Shown here in pieces: positions 11,314-21,994 of a DNA stretch of 64,000 bases. The translations under genes were made by a program, and so were the position numbers. Numbering within the stretch: position 1 is the first letter of the stretch; the number at the start of each line of letters is the position of its first letter. Location: contig OZ241865.1 in assembly GCA_965203275.1 (NCBI GenBank), forward strand, positions 1,184,001 to 1,248,000. Direction: 5' to 3'. The notes below the pieces were generated by a model. It did no database searches and had not been told where the DNA came from. It saw nothing but the letters and a program-made list of their open reading frames with translations. The DNA is from Bdellovibrionales bacterium. GTDB taxonomy: Bacteria; Bdellovibrionota; Bdellovibrionia; Bdellovibrionales; JAUICD01.

Positions 11314-13620
11314 ATGAACAAATGGCTTCTTCACAGTCAATTTAATAAAAATCAAAAAATAGGAGCCACCTCTTTAGATGGCCCTGTCTTAATCTTAGCC
11401 GGTGCAGGTTCTGGTAAAACAAAAGTTTTAACTTACCGTATTGTCAATCTTATTCTCCAAAAAAAGACATCTCCTGAAAAGATTTTAGCTGTCACGTTCA
11501 CAAACAAAGCAGCTCTTGAAATGAAACGTCGTGCCTTAAATTTGCTTAAAGAACAAGGCATTTCTGTTCATGAGAACCCTCCTTGGATTGGTACATTTCA
11601 TTCTTTGGGGGCTTATATTCTTCGCAGGCACATTGATCGTCTTCACTATAAGACAAGCTTTAATATCTGTGATAGCGGAGAACAGCTTCAAATGATCAAG
11701 AGATTGCTTTATCAAATGAACATGAGTTATGAAATTTTTCCACCTAAGAGATTGCAAAATCAAATCAACAAGGTCAAGAGATTAGGACTCTTACCTCATC
11801 AAGTTTATCAGAGTCGTTTGGTGGTTTATGATCAACATACTATAGCTTTTTATAAAGCATACGAAGAAGAAATGAAGCAATCTCAGCTTTTAGATTTTGC
11901 CGATCTGCTTTTTAAAACTTATATTTTATTCAAAAAGCATCCTGACATTTTAGCTCTTTACAGAAATTTATTTGCATTTATTCATGTCGATGAATATCAA
12001 GACACCAATCATATTCAATATTTAATTTTGAAAATTCTAGCATCTCAACATAAAAATATTTGTGTTGTAGGAGATGAAGACCAATCTATCTATGGGTGGA
12101 GAGGTGCAGATATTCAAAACATATTAAGATTTGAAGAAGATTATCCCGAGGCTCAAGTTATCAAGTTAGAAGAAAACTATCGCTCTACGCAAAATATTAT
12201 TCAAGCAGCTTCCAAGGTCATTGCTAATAATAAAGAAAGGAAAAACAAAATATTATTTTCTAATAAAGAGAAAGGAGATAAAGTTATTGTTCAACAAGAG
12301 ATCAATGAAAAGGCAGAAGCTAAAAGGGTCATACTGGAAATCAGAGAACAAATGAAAAGAACCAACGCAAAGTGGAGTGACTTTGCTGTTTTTTACAGGA
12401 CCCATGCTCAATCCCGTGTTTTAGAAGAACAATTTTTATCAGAGCAAATTCCTCATAAATTATTAGGTGGTACAAAGTTTTATGACCGTAGAGAAATCAA
12501 AGATATTTTGTTTTACTTAAGGTTTTTGGTAAACCATAATGAAAATATTGCCTTCTTAAGAATTATTAATACACCTGCAAGAGGGATTGGTAAAACAACT
12601 CTATCTAAAATTGAAAGCTTAGCACATGAATATCAAATTCCTTTGGTAGAAGCAGCTGAGATAGCAGTCTCCAAAAACTTATTGCCGGCTCCTGCTTTAA
12701 AAAAATTTTCAAGCTTTTTATCATTAATGAGTTATTTGAGGGAAGAATCTCAAACTCTTTCATTATCTCATATCTATAAGTTAGTGTTAGAAAAAACCTC
12801 CTATATTCAAAGATTAAAAGCCACTGAAGAACGTAACGAAGCAGAAATGAGAATTGGAAACCTAGAAGAGCTACACACAGCGATGAGACAATTTGAGTCA
12901 GATAAAAAAGAGAAAGCCACTATAGAGGCTTTTTTAGAAAGGACAACATTGATGAGTGAGATAGACAATAAAGAAGAAACTACAAATTATGTAACTTTGA
13001 TGACCTTACATGTTTCTAAGGGTTTAGAGTTCCCTTATGTATTTATTGTAGGGATGGAAGAAGGGCTTTTTCCAACAGCTAGTGCTTTAGATCGCTTTGA
13101 TTCGTCTAACTCTTTAGAAGAGGAACGTAGGTTAGCTTATGTGGGTATGACAAGAGCTAAGGAGAAACTTTATTTGTTATGTGCTAAAGAGAGAAACTTT
13201 GCTTATAAAAGAAATTATCCTACACCTAGTCGGTTTCTCTCAGAAATTCCTAAAGACTATGTCATTGATGAAACATATCCTAAGCTCTCTGAATTTATGA
13301 AAGATACCAATGAACATTTTATTCCTCCTAAAAGACCTATAAAAACTCCTTTATATCATAATAATCATTTTAAAAATAACTCTCATTATATTGCTAAAAA
13401 GAAGTCTCTTTATAACAAGAGTTACAAGGAATCTATTCCAATAAAAAAGAATGCTATTATGAACAAAGGTTCTCGTGTGAGGCATACCCAATTTGGTGTA
13501 GGAAAGATTTACCAAACAGAGGGAACAGGAGATGCTCAAAAAATTACCATTGTTTTTGAAGATAACTCCATTCGCAAATTTGTGACAAAATATGCTAAAT
13601 TAGAGCCTGTATCTCCTTAA
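11314..13620 (+). CDS. uvrD: UvrD/PcrA ATP-dependent DNA helicase
   Basis: AGAGSGKT, VDEYQDTN, VGDEDQSIYGWRGA, LEENYRST, KGLEF, EERRLAYVGMTRA, C-terminal Tudor-like H..FG.G. Confidence 0.95.
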   Translation: MNKWLLHSQFNKNQKIGATSLDGPVLILAGAGSGKTKVLTYRIVNLILQKKTSPEKILAVTFTNKAALEMKRRALNLLKEQGISVHENPPWIGTFHSLGAYILRRHIDRLHYKTSFNICDSGEQLQMIKRLLYQMNMSYEIFPPKRLQNQINKVKRLGLLPHQVYQSRLVVYDQHTIAFYKAYEEEMKQSQLLDFADLLFKTYILFKKHPDILALYRNLFAFIHVDEYQDTNHIQYLILKILASQHKNICVVGDEDQSIYGWRGADIQNILRFEEDYPEAQVIKLEENYRSTQNIIQAASKVIANNKERKNKILFSNKEKGDKVIVQQEINEKAEAKRVILEIREQMKRTNAKWSDFAVFYRTHAQSRVLEEQFLSEQIPHKLLGGTKFYDRREIKDILFYLRFLVNHNENIAFLRIINTPARGIGKTTLSKIESLAHEYQIPLVEAAEIAVSKNLLPAPALKKFSSFLSLMSYLREESQTLSLSHIYKLVLEKTSYIQRLKATEERNEAEMRIGNLEELHTAMRQFESDKKEKATIEAFLERTTLMSEIDNKEETTNYVTLMTLHVSKGLEFPYVFIVGMEEGLFPTASALDRFDSSNSLEEERRLAYVGMTRAKEKLYLLCAKERNFAYKRNYPTPSRFLSEIPKDYVIDETYPKLSEFMKDTNEHFIPPKRPIKTPLYHNNHFKNNSHYIAKKKSLYNKSYKESIPIKKNAIMNKGSRVRHTQFGVGKIYQTEGTGDAQKITIVFEDNSIRKFVTKYAKLEPVSP

Positions 13621-13663
13621 TGTAGCCATTTTGAACCGATATTTTCTTTCTATTTACTAAAGA

Positions 13664-14332
13664 CTAAAGCTGGGAATCAGAAATATGATCTAAGTCATCG
13701 GATGGTTTTGTGTTATCAAGTATAGAGAACTTTTTATGTAAAATAGCTGCTCCCCAAACAAAAGAGAGCAAAAGCAAAGTTTGACCAATGCCAGCAACAA
13801 ATGAAGCAATTCGAGCATGATCATCCATAGCATCGATAGATGTCAAAATGTAATGCCAATCATGGGTGTTAGGATTGTCCTGTCCTGTTCCTCCACTGAT
13901 CAGAGGTAACCTTTTTCCGAAGGCATCATAGATATAAGGTGCTACATCTAAAAAACTTTGGCCACAGATCCATAAACCTACAGATGCTTCAAAATTATCT
14001 TTCTGCCTTAAAAACTGCACCATAATCACAAATGGAACCAAAACCTGCATGATACTACCTCCTAATGCATGCATAAGAGTTCCAAATGGTTTAAAGATCA
14101 AATGTCCAGCTTCATGGAAAATTAAATGTACATTATGTAAAATAGAATCCCCTGCTCCTAAAGGATCTTCTGAAAAGTTAGTATCATCAAGAAAGGTCAA
14201 ACCCCATACCAACAAAACAGCATAAACTGTACACTGAGCAAAAAAAACATCTGTTTTTATTTCTTCCTTGATAAACAAAATACGGCTGAATAGTCTTTGA
14301 AGTAAAGGCTGAGAGTATTGTATATCTTTCAT
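13664..14332 (-). CDS. membrane protein with HEAGH motif (putative membrane metallopeptidase-like)
   Basis: Several TM segments; FHEAGH, GGS..Q, HDW motifs. Confidence 0.65.
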   Translation of the reverse strand: MKDIQYSQPLLQRLFSRILFIKEEIKTDVFFAQCTVYAVLLVWGLTFLDDTNFSEDPLGAGDSILHNVHLIFHEAGHLIFKPFGTLMHALGGSIMQVLVPFVIMVQFLRQKDNFEASVGLWICGQSFLDVAPYIYDAFGKRLPLISGGTGQDNPNTHDWHYILTSIDAMDDHARIASFVAGIGQTLLLLSFVWGAAILHKKFSILDNTKPSDDLDHISDSQL

Positions 14333-14429
14333 CGTAGATAACCTGTTTTAAGGAAGGATTTTTATTCATTTATTAATATTCTATATATTAAGATTAAAGC
14401 CTGCTATAAGGATTGACAAGATGTCTTTT

Positions 14430-15297
14430 GGTTCACTAAAAGTGGTCTAGCCGTCATTTTCACTCAAAATGAACAAGCTTTTGAGGTAGCCAGCCTTTGA
14501 TCGACGACGACAGCCAAAAGGTGTAAGAAAGAACTTTTTCCTTAACATGAAGTTAAGGGACGAAGGGATCCTCCCAACTAAAAGTGGTCAAGCTTTCTAG
14601 GCAATGACCATTTTGCCAACGTGAAGTAAACATCTTGTTTCCTTAACATGAAGTAAAAAAATGAGGACATCCTTCTTCCTAAAATTGAACAAGCTTTTGA
14701 GGGAGTTAGCCTTTGATCGACGACGACAGTCGTCGGGCTAACTGGTATTAAAAGGATATTTTCCTTAACATGTAGTCAAAAAACGAAGAGATCCTCCTCT
14801 ACTCAAAATGCATAGATTTTTGAGGCAATGACCATTTTGCCAATGGCGAAAGCCATTGCGGTCAAAAGATGTAAGAAGGAACTTTTTCCTTAACATGGTG
14901 TTAAGAGACGAGAGGATCCTCCTCTACTAAAAGTAAACGGACTTTTGAGGTTGCCAGCATTTGAGAAGGCGAATAGCCTTCGGCTGGCAATCCAAAAGTG
15001 ACCAGAGGTCAGTTTACTTTTAGTGAAACAGAGGTTGGTTTACTTTTAGTGAAACAACTCATTTTGAGTGAAAGTGAAAAGGTTTGATTAAATACAGAAA
15101 TAGTCTAAAAAACAAGATAATTAACCAAACCATCCCAGAATTGATTCTTTTTCCTTAACATCGTGTTAAGAAATGAGGAGATCCTCCTTCCTAAAATTGA
15201 ACAAGCTTTTGAGGCAGTTAGCCTTTGATCGACGGCGAAAGCCGTCGGGCTAACTGCTCAAAAGTAGCCAGAGGCTAGTTCAATTTTAGGGAAACAA
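14430..15297 (+). repeat. cluster of modular hairpin repeats (5 palindrome boxes)
   Basis: Repeated CCTTAACA-N3-TGTTAAG-type box plus nested hairpins; complete units at ~14886-15029 and ~15151-15296. Confidence 0.9.
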
Positions 15298-15304
15298 ATG
15301 ACTC

Positions 15305-15877
15305 CTAACCTGCTTTTTGGCCTGTCAGGGCCTGTATGATCCAGTTTTTTTTTATGGCCAACACTAGCTCATGGGTTTGTTGAGTGGCTTTTTTCTGAGT
15401 TATTTGGTCTTCAGACAATTGGTGAATCAATTCATTAGTGGCCTTTTTTTGGATTGCTTGGTCTTCAGATAATTGGTGAACTAGCTCATGGGTTTGTTGA
15501 GTGGCTTTTTTTGGAGTTATTTGGTCTTCAGATAATTGGTGAACTAGCTCATGGGTTTGTTGAGTGGCTTTTTTTTGAGTTATTTGGTCTTCAGATAATT
15601 GGTGAACTAGCTCATGGGTTTGTTGAGTGGCTTTTTTCTGAGTTATTTGGTCTTCAGATAATTGGTGAACTAGCTCATGGGTTTGTTGAGTGGCTTTTTT
15701 CTGAGTTATTTGGTCTTCGGATAATTGGTGAATCAATTCATTAGTTTTTTGGGTGGTACTCTCTTGAATGGTGAGTCTTGTTTCCATTTCAGTTTGTTTT
15801 TTTTGAATCTCTTTTTGATTCTCTAAACTTTGAGTAATCTTTTGATTGATCTCTGTGAGTATTTTATTGACATCCAT
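15305..15877 (-). CDS. coiled-coil protein with 21-aa tandem repeats
   Basis: About six 63-bp units encoding LVHQLSEDQITQKKATQQTHE; AGGGG RBS. Confidence 0.7.
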   Translation of the reverse strand: MDVNKILTEINQKITQSLENQKEIQKKQTEMETRLTIQESTTQKTNELIHQLSEDQITQKKATQQTHELVHQLSEDQITQKKATQQTHELVHQLSEDQITQKKATQQTHELVHQLSEDQITPKKATQQTHELVHQLSEDQAIQKKATNELIHQLSEDQITQKKATQQTHELVLAIKKNWIIQALTGQKAG

Positions 15878-16069
15878 TTTTAAAAACCCCTTTTTTATTT
15901 AGATTAAATTGTTTATATATTTTTATAAATAACACTATAAGTATACTTATCAAAATATTATAACATATCAAGTCTTTTTTGCAATATTTTTTTTAAGAGG
16001 CTTTAAATGTAACACAACCTATTGAAATTTAAGGAGAAATCTTACAAATGTGATGGCAAAGGGGTTTGG

Positions 16070-16314
16070 TTCACTAAAAGTGGTTGGCTCACTAAAAGTA
16101 AACCAACCTCTGGTTGCTTTTGGACATTGCTCTGACAGCTCTCGCTGTCTAAAAAGAGCAATGTCTCAAAAGTCCGTTTACTTTTAGTAGAGGAGGATCC
16201 CACTGCCTCTTAACACCATGTTAAGGAAACAAGATATTTATTCCCGGGATCCGGCAAGCAGGCATCCCGGGAACTGATGCCTGACTGCCGGGTTGCCGGA
16301 TCCCAGATCCCGGG
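16070..16314 (-). repeat. hairpin repeat unit plus GATCCGG-type heptamer tract
   Basis: Reverse-oriented full unit ~16088-16230 and GC-rich tract 16243-16314. Confidence 0.9.
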
Positions 16315-16331
16315 AAAAATCAAATTTAACT

Positions 16332-16637
16332 TTAAGTATTTTTACATAGTTTGTATAAAAAAGCTCCTAATTTATCAGCTTGTTTTGCTAATTCCATACA
16401 GCCAACAAATTCCAAATCTAGTATTGCCTGAACTTCTCTTAGAGAGCCAAGACTAATATAGTAAAATTTCCTACGATCTTTTGCTGTAGGTTTAGCAGAT
16501 CCTTCAGCTAAGTTAAGCACAATACTTGAAACAGCCCTTCGAAATTGACTTCTATGAGGCTCTTTCAGATGTAATTTTTTAGAATTACGATAAAACTGAG
16601 TAGCTAATTGGTAAGTTTTGAATTTTTGCATCGTCAT
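16332..16637 (-). CDS. four helix bundle protein (23S rRNA IVP / TIGR02436-like)
   Basis: QFRRAVSSIVLNLAEG...DRRKFYYISLGSLREVQ signature; GGAGG RBS. Confidence 0.88.
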   Translation of the reverse strand: MTMQKFKTYQLATQFYRNSKKLHLKEPHRSQFRRAVSSIVLNLAEGSAKPTAKDRRKFYYISLGSLREVQAILDLEFVGCMELAKQADKLGAFLYKLCKNT

Positions 16638-16727
16638 AAAAATTTCCTCCTTTCTGAAAACCCGCCAGGGCTTGGGAGGAAATTTTTTAGATGCAAAAAT
16701 TCATTACGATCAATATGCATCTCTATG

Positions 16728-16972
16728 ATCTGATGCCGGGTTGCCTGATTGTTTCCCTAAAATTGAACTAGCCTTTGTTTCACTCAAAGTGAACTGACCT
16801 CTAGTCACTTTTGGACAATGACCGCAATGGCTTTCGCCATTGACAAAATGGTCATTGTCTCAAAAGCCTGTTCACTTTGAGTAGAGAGGATCTCTTCATT
16901 TTTTGACTACATGTTAAGGAAAAAGTTCTGTCTGATGCCGGGTTGCCTGATTGCCGGATCCCAGATCCCGGA
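16728..16972 (-). repeat. hairpin repeat unit between heptamer tracts
   Basis: Reverse full unit ~16777-16922; tracts 16728-16750 and 16931-16972. Confidence 0.9.
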
Positions 16973-16982
16973 TAAAGGCATT

Positions 16983-18589
16983 TTATTTTGAGTAAACTAA
17001 TGTGGGGAACAGTAGCTTTATGGTGCGGGAGACTTTTTGGAAGTTGGTTAAACCATTTGCGGGTGTGACCTCTTCGTTTTTAGCCTGCTGGACACTTGCA
17101 GGTCCTCGCTTCTTTTGAGGCTTCCGCAATAGATAATCACTATAACTTAAACCTGATATTTTTTTGTGGAGATTCCTTGCTCGCCTGCCACTACCTAAAT
17201 TTGTATATCGACCATTCACAAGAGCATGGACATTCCCATCCTTATCCACCTTTATCACAGATGATCCTGCCAGTGGCTTTAATCCTTCTGCACCATCTCC
17301 GCTTGCAAAATCAGAGCCTAAGCCACCACTGCCAGAGCCTCCTCCACTGCCAGAACCTCCACCAGCAGAACCACCAGCACTTCCGCCACCAGCAAAGCTT
17401 ACACCTTTTAATCCTAAACTTGTATGACCACTTAAAGGGTCGACCTTATTCTTAGCTAAATCGGCTGCTCTTTTTTTACATCGAGGTAATTGAGGACGAT
17501 ATTTGCAAGTCTCTTCTATACCCTCTGCATGGCAAAACCTACGAATCCTTGGAATTGGTAAAGAATTACACTCATCTCTCTTACACTCCGGACTATCTGG
17601 ACGTTGTTGACATATTTCAGACGTGGCTAAGTCTTGTTGCGATGGATTGCCTAGACCTTCGTCCCCCCCCCTGTTGGGGTTTGTTTTAGGGGATTTGAGT
17701 CGATGGCATTGGCATTCGTATGACCAGGACCGGGGGTATCTGTCTTGCCGGCAAAGAGGCTATCTACACTATGGCAAAAATCTATCTTTGGATGTTGTTT
17801 GCAAAAGGCCACCTCACCTAGTTGTTGACAGAGGTTTTTTTTAGCTAGCGGAAGTTGATCGCAATTAGAAGAATCGCTCAACTCACCGGATCCACCCAAA
17901 CCATCTACGCAGTCTTTAGCCTGCTTAATGGCATCTGTATTACGAGCTACCTGAAGATCGCTGGTTTTCTTTACACTGGCCCATTTGCTGGCACAGCTTG
18001 CCATACTCTTGCTAATAGCGGTCATCTCTGCCCAGAACATAGCTTTGGCCGTAGGTTCAATAGCAGCAGCATGGGCTACTTTTGCATTTTTAAGGGCCAG
18101 ACCACAAGTAGCTTTGCATGAGAGAATGGCCGTATGGCATTTGCCTGTGATGGATTGATTGATTTTTTTAGTTACTTCATTCATCTGTTGTACCAACTGG
18201 CACTGGTCCTTTTGACTTCCATTGCTATTATTGGCCATCATCTGTTCGAAGCGATCTGTAACGGGTTTGGTCGCCGATGCATAAGCCTTCTGATTACAGG
18301 CTAAATTCAGGACTGTGCTTTGAATAGTGGTGCAAGCCATTGAATATATACCAAATCTACTGCCTTTTTTTGTCGCATCTTCTGCACCATTAGTTGCTGA
18401 CACTTCATCTGCGACCTTTCCTGCATTTACAGAAGCATCACGGGGTGATCCATTTGATCCCTCTTCTCGATCCTTAGGGGTTTGACCTAAAGCTAAACTT
18501 GGTATAAGAATGACAAATATTAAGCCAATATAAATAATTAAACTAGAATAACAAAATAGATATTTTAAAAAACAGCTTTTGTTGATCAC
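16983..18589 (-). pseudogene. secreted Cys-rich/Gly-rich protein frameshifted at a G9 tract (~535 aa if restored)
   Basis: ORF 17651-18589 stops just after G9 (17663-17671); the alternative frame is open from the tract to 16983. Confidence 0.8.
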
Positions 18590-18648
18590 AAATCAATCCC
18601 CCTTTGATTTGAAAGTACATGAAATAAAACCTCACCTACTTTTAAACC

Positions 18649-18665
18649 TGCAAGGGGGATGCCAA
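18649..18665 (-). promoter_or_regulatory. sigma-54 (-24/-12) promoter
   Basis: TTGGCATCCCCCTTGCA on the minus strand (GG-N10-GC), upstream of the 18589 start. Confidence 0.65.
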
Positions 18666-18758
18666 GTTTAATGGCATTTATTTGCTTTTTAGTGTCTACT
18701 TTTTATCACACTGTCAATATTTTAGATAAATTTTAATGTACTCAAATATAAAATCATT

Positions 18759-19754
18759 TTATCTATACTTTGAACAAAGTTGCTCAGTAGTTTTTGGACC
18801 AGTTTGAGTGGTACCAAAAATTTCTTGATTAACATTAACCCCGGCCTCTTGATATGTTTGATCACTCCCATATCCTTTTATATATATATACACATTTAAT
18901 TCATTGTTATAACTTTGTTTATATTGTCGATTATATTCTTGTAAGGATATCTGATTATTGCAATATCTTGATAAAAGACGACGATAATTACCTCTTATTT
19001 GATAGTCAAATCTAACCTCAGCCAGATCCATAATGGATCTGCCAGATCTATTCCTTACAAAACGATCCACATTTTTACCTTCATATATAAACGTCATTAT
19101 AGCCCAAGAAGCTCCTGCTGTTAGTGGAGTTAAGGAATCTTGTAGGGCAATATGTAAAGGGCGATCACCTCTACCACAATCATAATTAACATCTAAACCT
19201 GGTGTACGCATCACAGCTTGCATACGACTTGTGGCTTGAGCTTGACTCTGCCGATAGAACGACTGCCACCAACGCGGGTTACACAGGTTATTATGAGCTT
19301 CGGCCCTTGCTTCAAAGCCACGTCTGACTTCATTACACACACTGCGATCGATCCGGCCCCTATCACATTGGTCAGTGATCACTTGATTGGGTGTTTTTTG
19401 AGTGTAAGGGTCTTGATGATCTAAATTAGCACCTGCCCGTATCAATGCCAGGACCGCATCGGCTCTGCCATACTCTAAGGCAAGTAGCAGTGGCGATGAC
19501 CCACTTGAGCAAGATTGATTGACATTAGAGCCACTTCTAATAGCATTTGATACATCGTTGCTACTGGCAGAACTATACCAATCAATATTACAAAGGTTAG
19601 TAGTTTGAGCTAAGGCATCCACCGGGCTTAAAAGCAAAGCCATTAAAAACACCCCTACCATCTTCACACCCAAACCTGCCACCTTCGTACTTAAGCTTAC
19701 CATTTTTCCTAAACTTGCTGCTTTCTTACTAATTTTAATGCTGAATTTTCTCAT
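18759..19754 (-). CDS. secreted protein with ankyrin-like repeats
   Basis: AGGAG RBS; long signal peptide; two NLCN..W...G.(N/D)VN..C..G..PL..AL modules. Confidence 0.75.
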   Translation of the reverse strand: MRKFSIKISKKAASLGKMVSLSTKVAGLGVKMVGVFLMALLLSPVDALAQTTNLCNIDWYSSASSNDVSNAIRSGSNVNQSCSSGSSPLLLALEYGRADAVLALIRAGANLDHQDPYTQKTPNQVITDQCDRGRIDRSVCNEVRRGFEARAEAHNNLCNPRWWQSFYRQSQAQATSRMQAVMRTPGLDVNYDCGRGDRPLHIALQDSLTPLTAGASWAIMTFIYEGKNVDRFVRNRSGRSIMDLAEVRFDYQIRGNYRRLLSRYCNNQISLQEYNRQYKQSYNNELNVYIYIKGYGSDQTYQEAGVNVNQEIFGTTQTGPKTTEQLCSKYR

Positions 19755-19829
19755 AATATCTCTCCTTCTTTAAGTCTTTTAGTTAAATAATACAAATACC
19801 TTTTACTTTTCATTCACTATCCTTAAGAT

Positions 19830-20102
19830 ACCGGGTTGCCGGATGCCGGATCCCAGATCCCGGAAGGAACCCTTCCAATGCCTTATTATGCACAGATTAC
19901 AAACGATTGCAAACGAAAACAACCCACATTGTAAAGGTTATAGGGCATTTTGTAAATTTTATATGGTCTATTTCCCTAAAATTGAACTGGCCTCTAGCCA
20001 CTTTTGGGCAGTTAGCCTTTGATCGATGGCGATAGCCATCGGGCTAACTGCCAGAAAACATGCCAGAGGCATGATTTATTTTGAGTGAAATGCTAAGGAA
20101 AC
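19830..20102. repeat. heptamer tract and partial hairpin repeat
   Basis: CCGGGTTGCCGGATGCCGGATCCCAGATCCCGG at 19831-19863; hybrid unit ~19970-20102. Confidence 0.8.
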
Positions 20103-20164
20103 AAAAGTCTGGCTTCTACCTATAAAACCTTCACATAAGCCTTATTTACTGGTATTTCTAAAAT

Positions 20165-21385
20165 ATGAGCTTTCAATATTTTTATAAAATCAAATCTTAC
20201 TTCACCAAAAATCCACTTGATCTTCAAGATCAAGATCCAATGTCTGACTATAATACAAATCATTTCTCATTCTTAAAATATCTGTCCTTTAAAAATGTGC
20301 TAGAAATAGATAGATTTTTATTTCTTATGATATTCTTTTTGATGGGCATTGGTCTGGTTCAAATTTACAGTGCTAGTTATATTTATGCTACCGATACATA
20401 CAACGATGGGCTTTTCTTCTTTAAAAAACAATTTTTATTTGTCACCATAGGTCTTTGCCTGATGCTTTCACTTTCTCTTTTGCCTAAACCTTGGATATTT
20501 CGACTAGGACTTATGATTTTCTTTTCTTCACTTTTTTTACTTGTTCTTACAATTATCCCTGGAATAGGTGTCAAAGCTGGTGGAGCTACCCGATGGATTG
20601 CTCTGCCTTTTGGCTTTCGATTAGAACCTTCAGAGTTTTTTAAAGTAAGCCTCCCTTTTGCTGCAAGCCTTATTATTGTAGATCATTGGAGGACACGAAC
20701 TCTCAAATCATCTGCTCTACTCATAGCCCTTGGGTTACTGCCAGTTGTTGTGTTTATCAAACAGCCTGACTTTGGTGCATTGGTTATTTATTGCCTTGTG
20801 CTTTTCTCTTTGATGTTCCTTAAAGGCATTCAATGGCGAGTACTTTTATTAACAGGTTTTTTGTCTTTTTCTTCTCTGCTTTTATTTATACTGACTTCAC
20901 CCTATAGACTAGAACGTTTTAAATCATTTTTAGATCCCTGGTCTTACTTTTCGTCTAGTGGCTTTCAAACAATACAAAGTCTTTTAGGATTCTATACAGG
21001 TGGATTTATGGGGATTGGCTTAGGTAACGGCCAATCAAAACTTTATTTTCTGCCAGAGGCTCATACAGATTTTACACTTTCTGTTTTGGGGGAAGAAGCT
21101 GGCTTTATTGGTGTGAGTTTGGTTTTACTTTTGTTTGGGATGATTTTATTTCGTCTCTTTCATCTTTCTAAAGGTATCTGGGATGAATCAATGAGATATA
21201 TTTTTCTTGGATTATCTCTGACTTTTGGCATTCAAACTTTTATTAATTTTAGTGTTTCTTTAGGAATGCTACCTACAAAAGGACTAACTTTGCCTTTTTT
21301 AAGTTATGGAGGTTCTTCTTTGATTTCTATGTCTTTATTGTTTGGCTTTGCCCTTGCTATTCAAAGGGTTTATCTTAGATCATAA
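20165..21385 (+). CDS. ftsW: cell division SEDS protein FtsW
   Basis: GATRWI, EPSEFFK, QPDFG, LPEAHTDF, LPFLSYGGSS; upstream of murG. Confidence 0.92.
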   Translation: MSFQYFYKIKSYFTKNPLDLQDQDPMSDYNTNHFSFLKYLSFKNVLEIDRFLFLMIFFLMGIGLVQIYSASYIYATDTYNDGLFFFKKQFLFVTIGLCLMLSLSLLPKPWIFRLGLMIFFSSLFLLVLTIIPGIGVKAGGATRWIALPFGFRLEPSEFFKVSLPFAASLIIVDHWRTRTLKSSALLIALGLLPVVVFIKQPDFGALVIYCLVLFSLMFLKGIQWRVLLLTGFLSFSSLLLFILTSPYRLERFKSFLDPWSYFSSSGFQTIQSLLGFYTGGFMGIGLGNGQSKLYFLPEAHTDFTLSVLGEEAGFIGVSLVLLLFGMILFRLFHLSKGIWDESMRYIFLGLSLTFGIQTFINFSVSLGMLPTKGLTLPFLSYGGSSLISMSLLFGFALAIQRVYLRS

Positions 21386-21413
21386 AAATTAAACTTACCT
21401 TAATCAATATGCT

Positions 21414-21500
21414 TCATACATCACAACCTATCAAAACAATAGGAACTGCTGGTACACCTCGCCCTTGACGTATCACATTATATAATTCACCCTCATAATA
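21414..21500 (-). pseudogene. C-terminal remnant of BglII/BstYI-like restriction endonuclease
   Basis: Manual translation YYEGELYNVIRQGRGVPAVPIVLIGCDV*, recalled as the C-terminus of this family; directly follows the MTase fragment. Confidence 0.65.
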
Positions 21501-21921
21501 AGCTCATTTGATTATTTTTATGATGCTGTCGCCGTCTGATTGTCTTTGGAGGCTCATAAATAGGGGTATGCATCTGACGGGTTTTTAAAAGACCATTTTG
21601 AAGTTTTTTAATTCTCTCATAAGCAATGGAAATATATTTCTTATTCATCTCAGCACCAGCACATTTGCGTCCATGTAAAAGAGATGCAATAAGGCTTGTG
21701 CCTGAACCTAAAAAAGGATCTAACACCCAATCGTTTTTGTCTGTCATGGATAAGACCAATCGTTCTATCAATTCTACAGGAAATTGGCAGGGGTGATCAG
21801 TTTTTTCCACGTGATTGTTTTTGACATTAGGAATTTGCCATAGATCCCCCGGGTTTTTCCCTAAAGGATTACAAGAGTATTGACCCGCTTTAGGTCCTTT
21901 AAAATATTTCTTGTTAGGATA
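21493..21921 (-). pseudogene. 5'-truncated N4/N6 DNA methyltransferase (beta class)
   Basis: Frame open to 21921: YPNKKYFKGPK..NPLGKNPGDLW..HPCQFP..VLDPFLGSGT; catalytic PPY half absent. Confidence 0.85.
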
Positions 21922-21994
21922 TTAGGAACGTAAATTAACAGAATTTATTTTTTAATTTGATAAGTAAATATACTGTAAACTATAGTTAAAAATA

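Noticed and set aside
17096..17455. Pro-rich plus-strand ORFs
   Set aside because: Antisense shadow of the Gly-rich part of the frameshifted minus-strand gene
21414..21921. Functional link between the BglII/BstYI-like relic and RGATCY sites in the repeats
   Set aside because: Specificity of the relic is unknown and it is inactive; coincidence cannot be excluded
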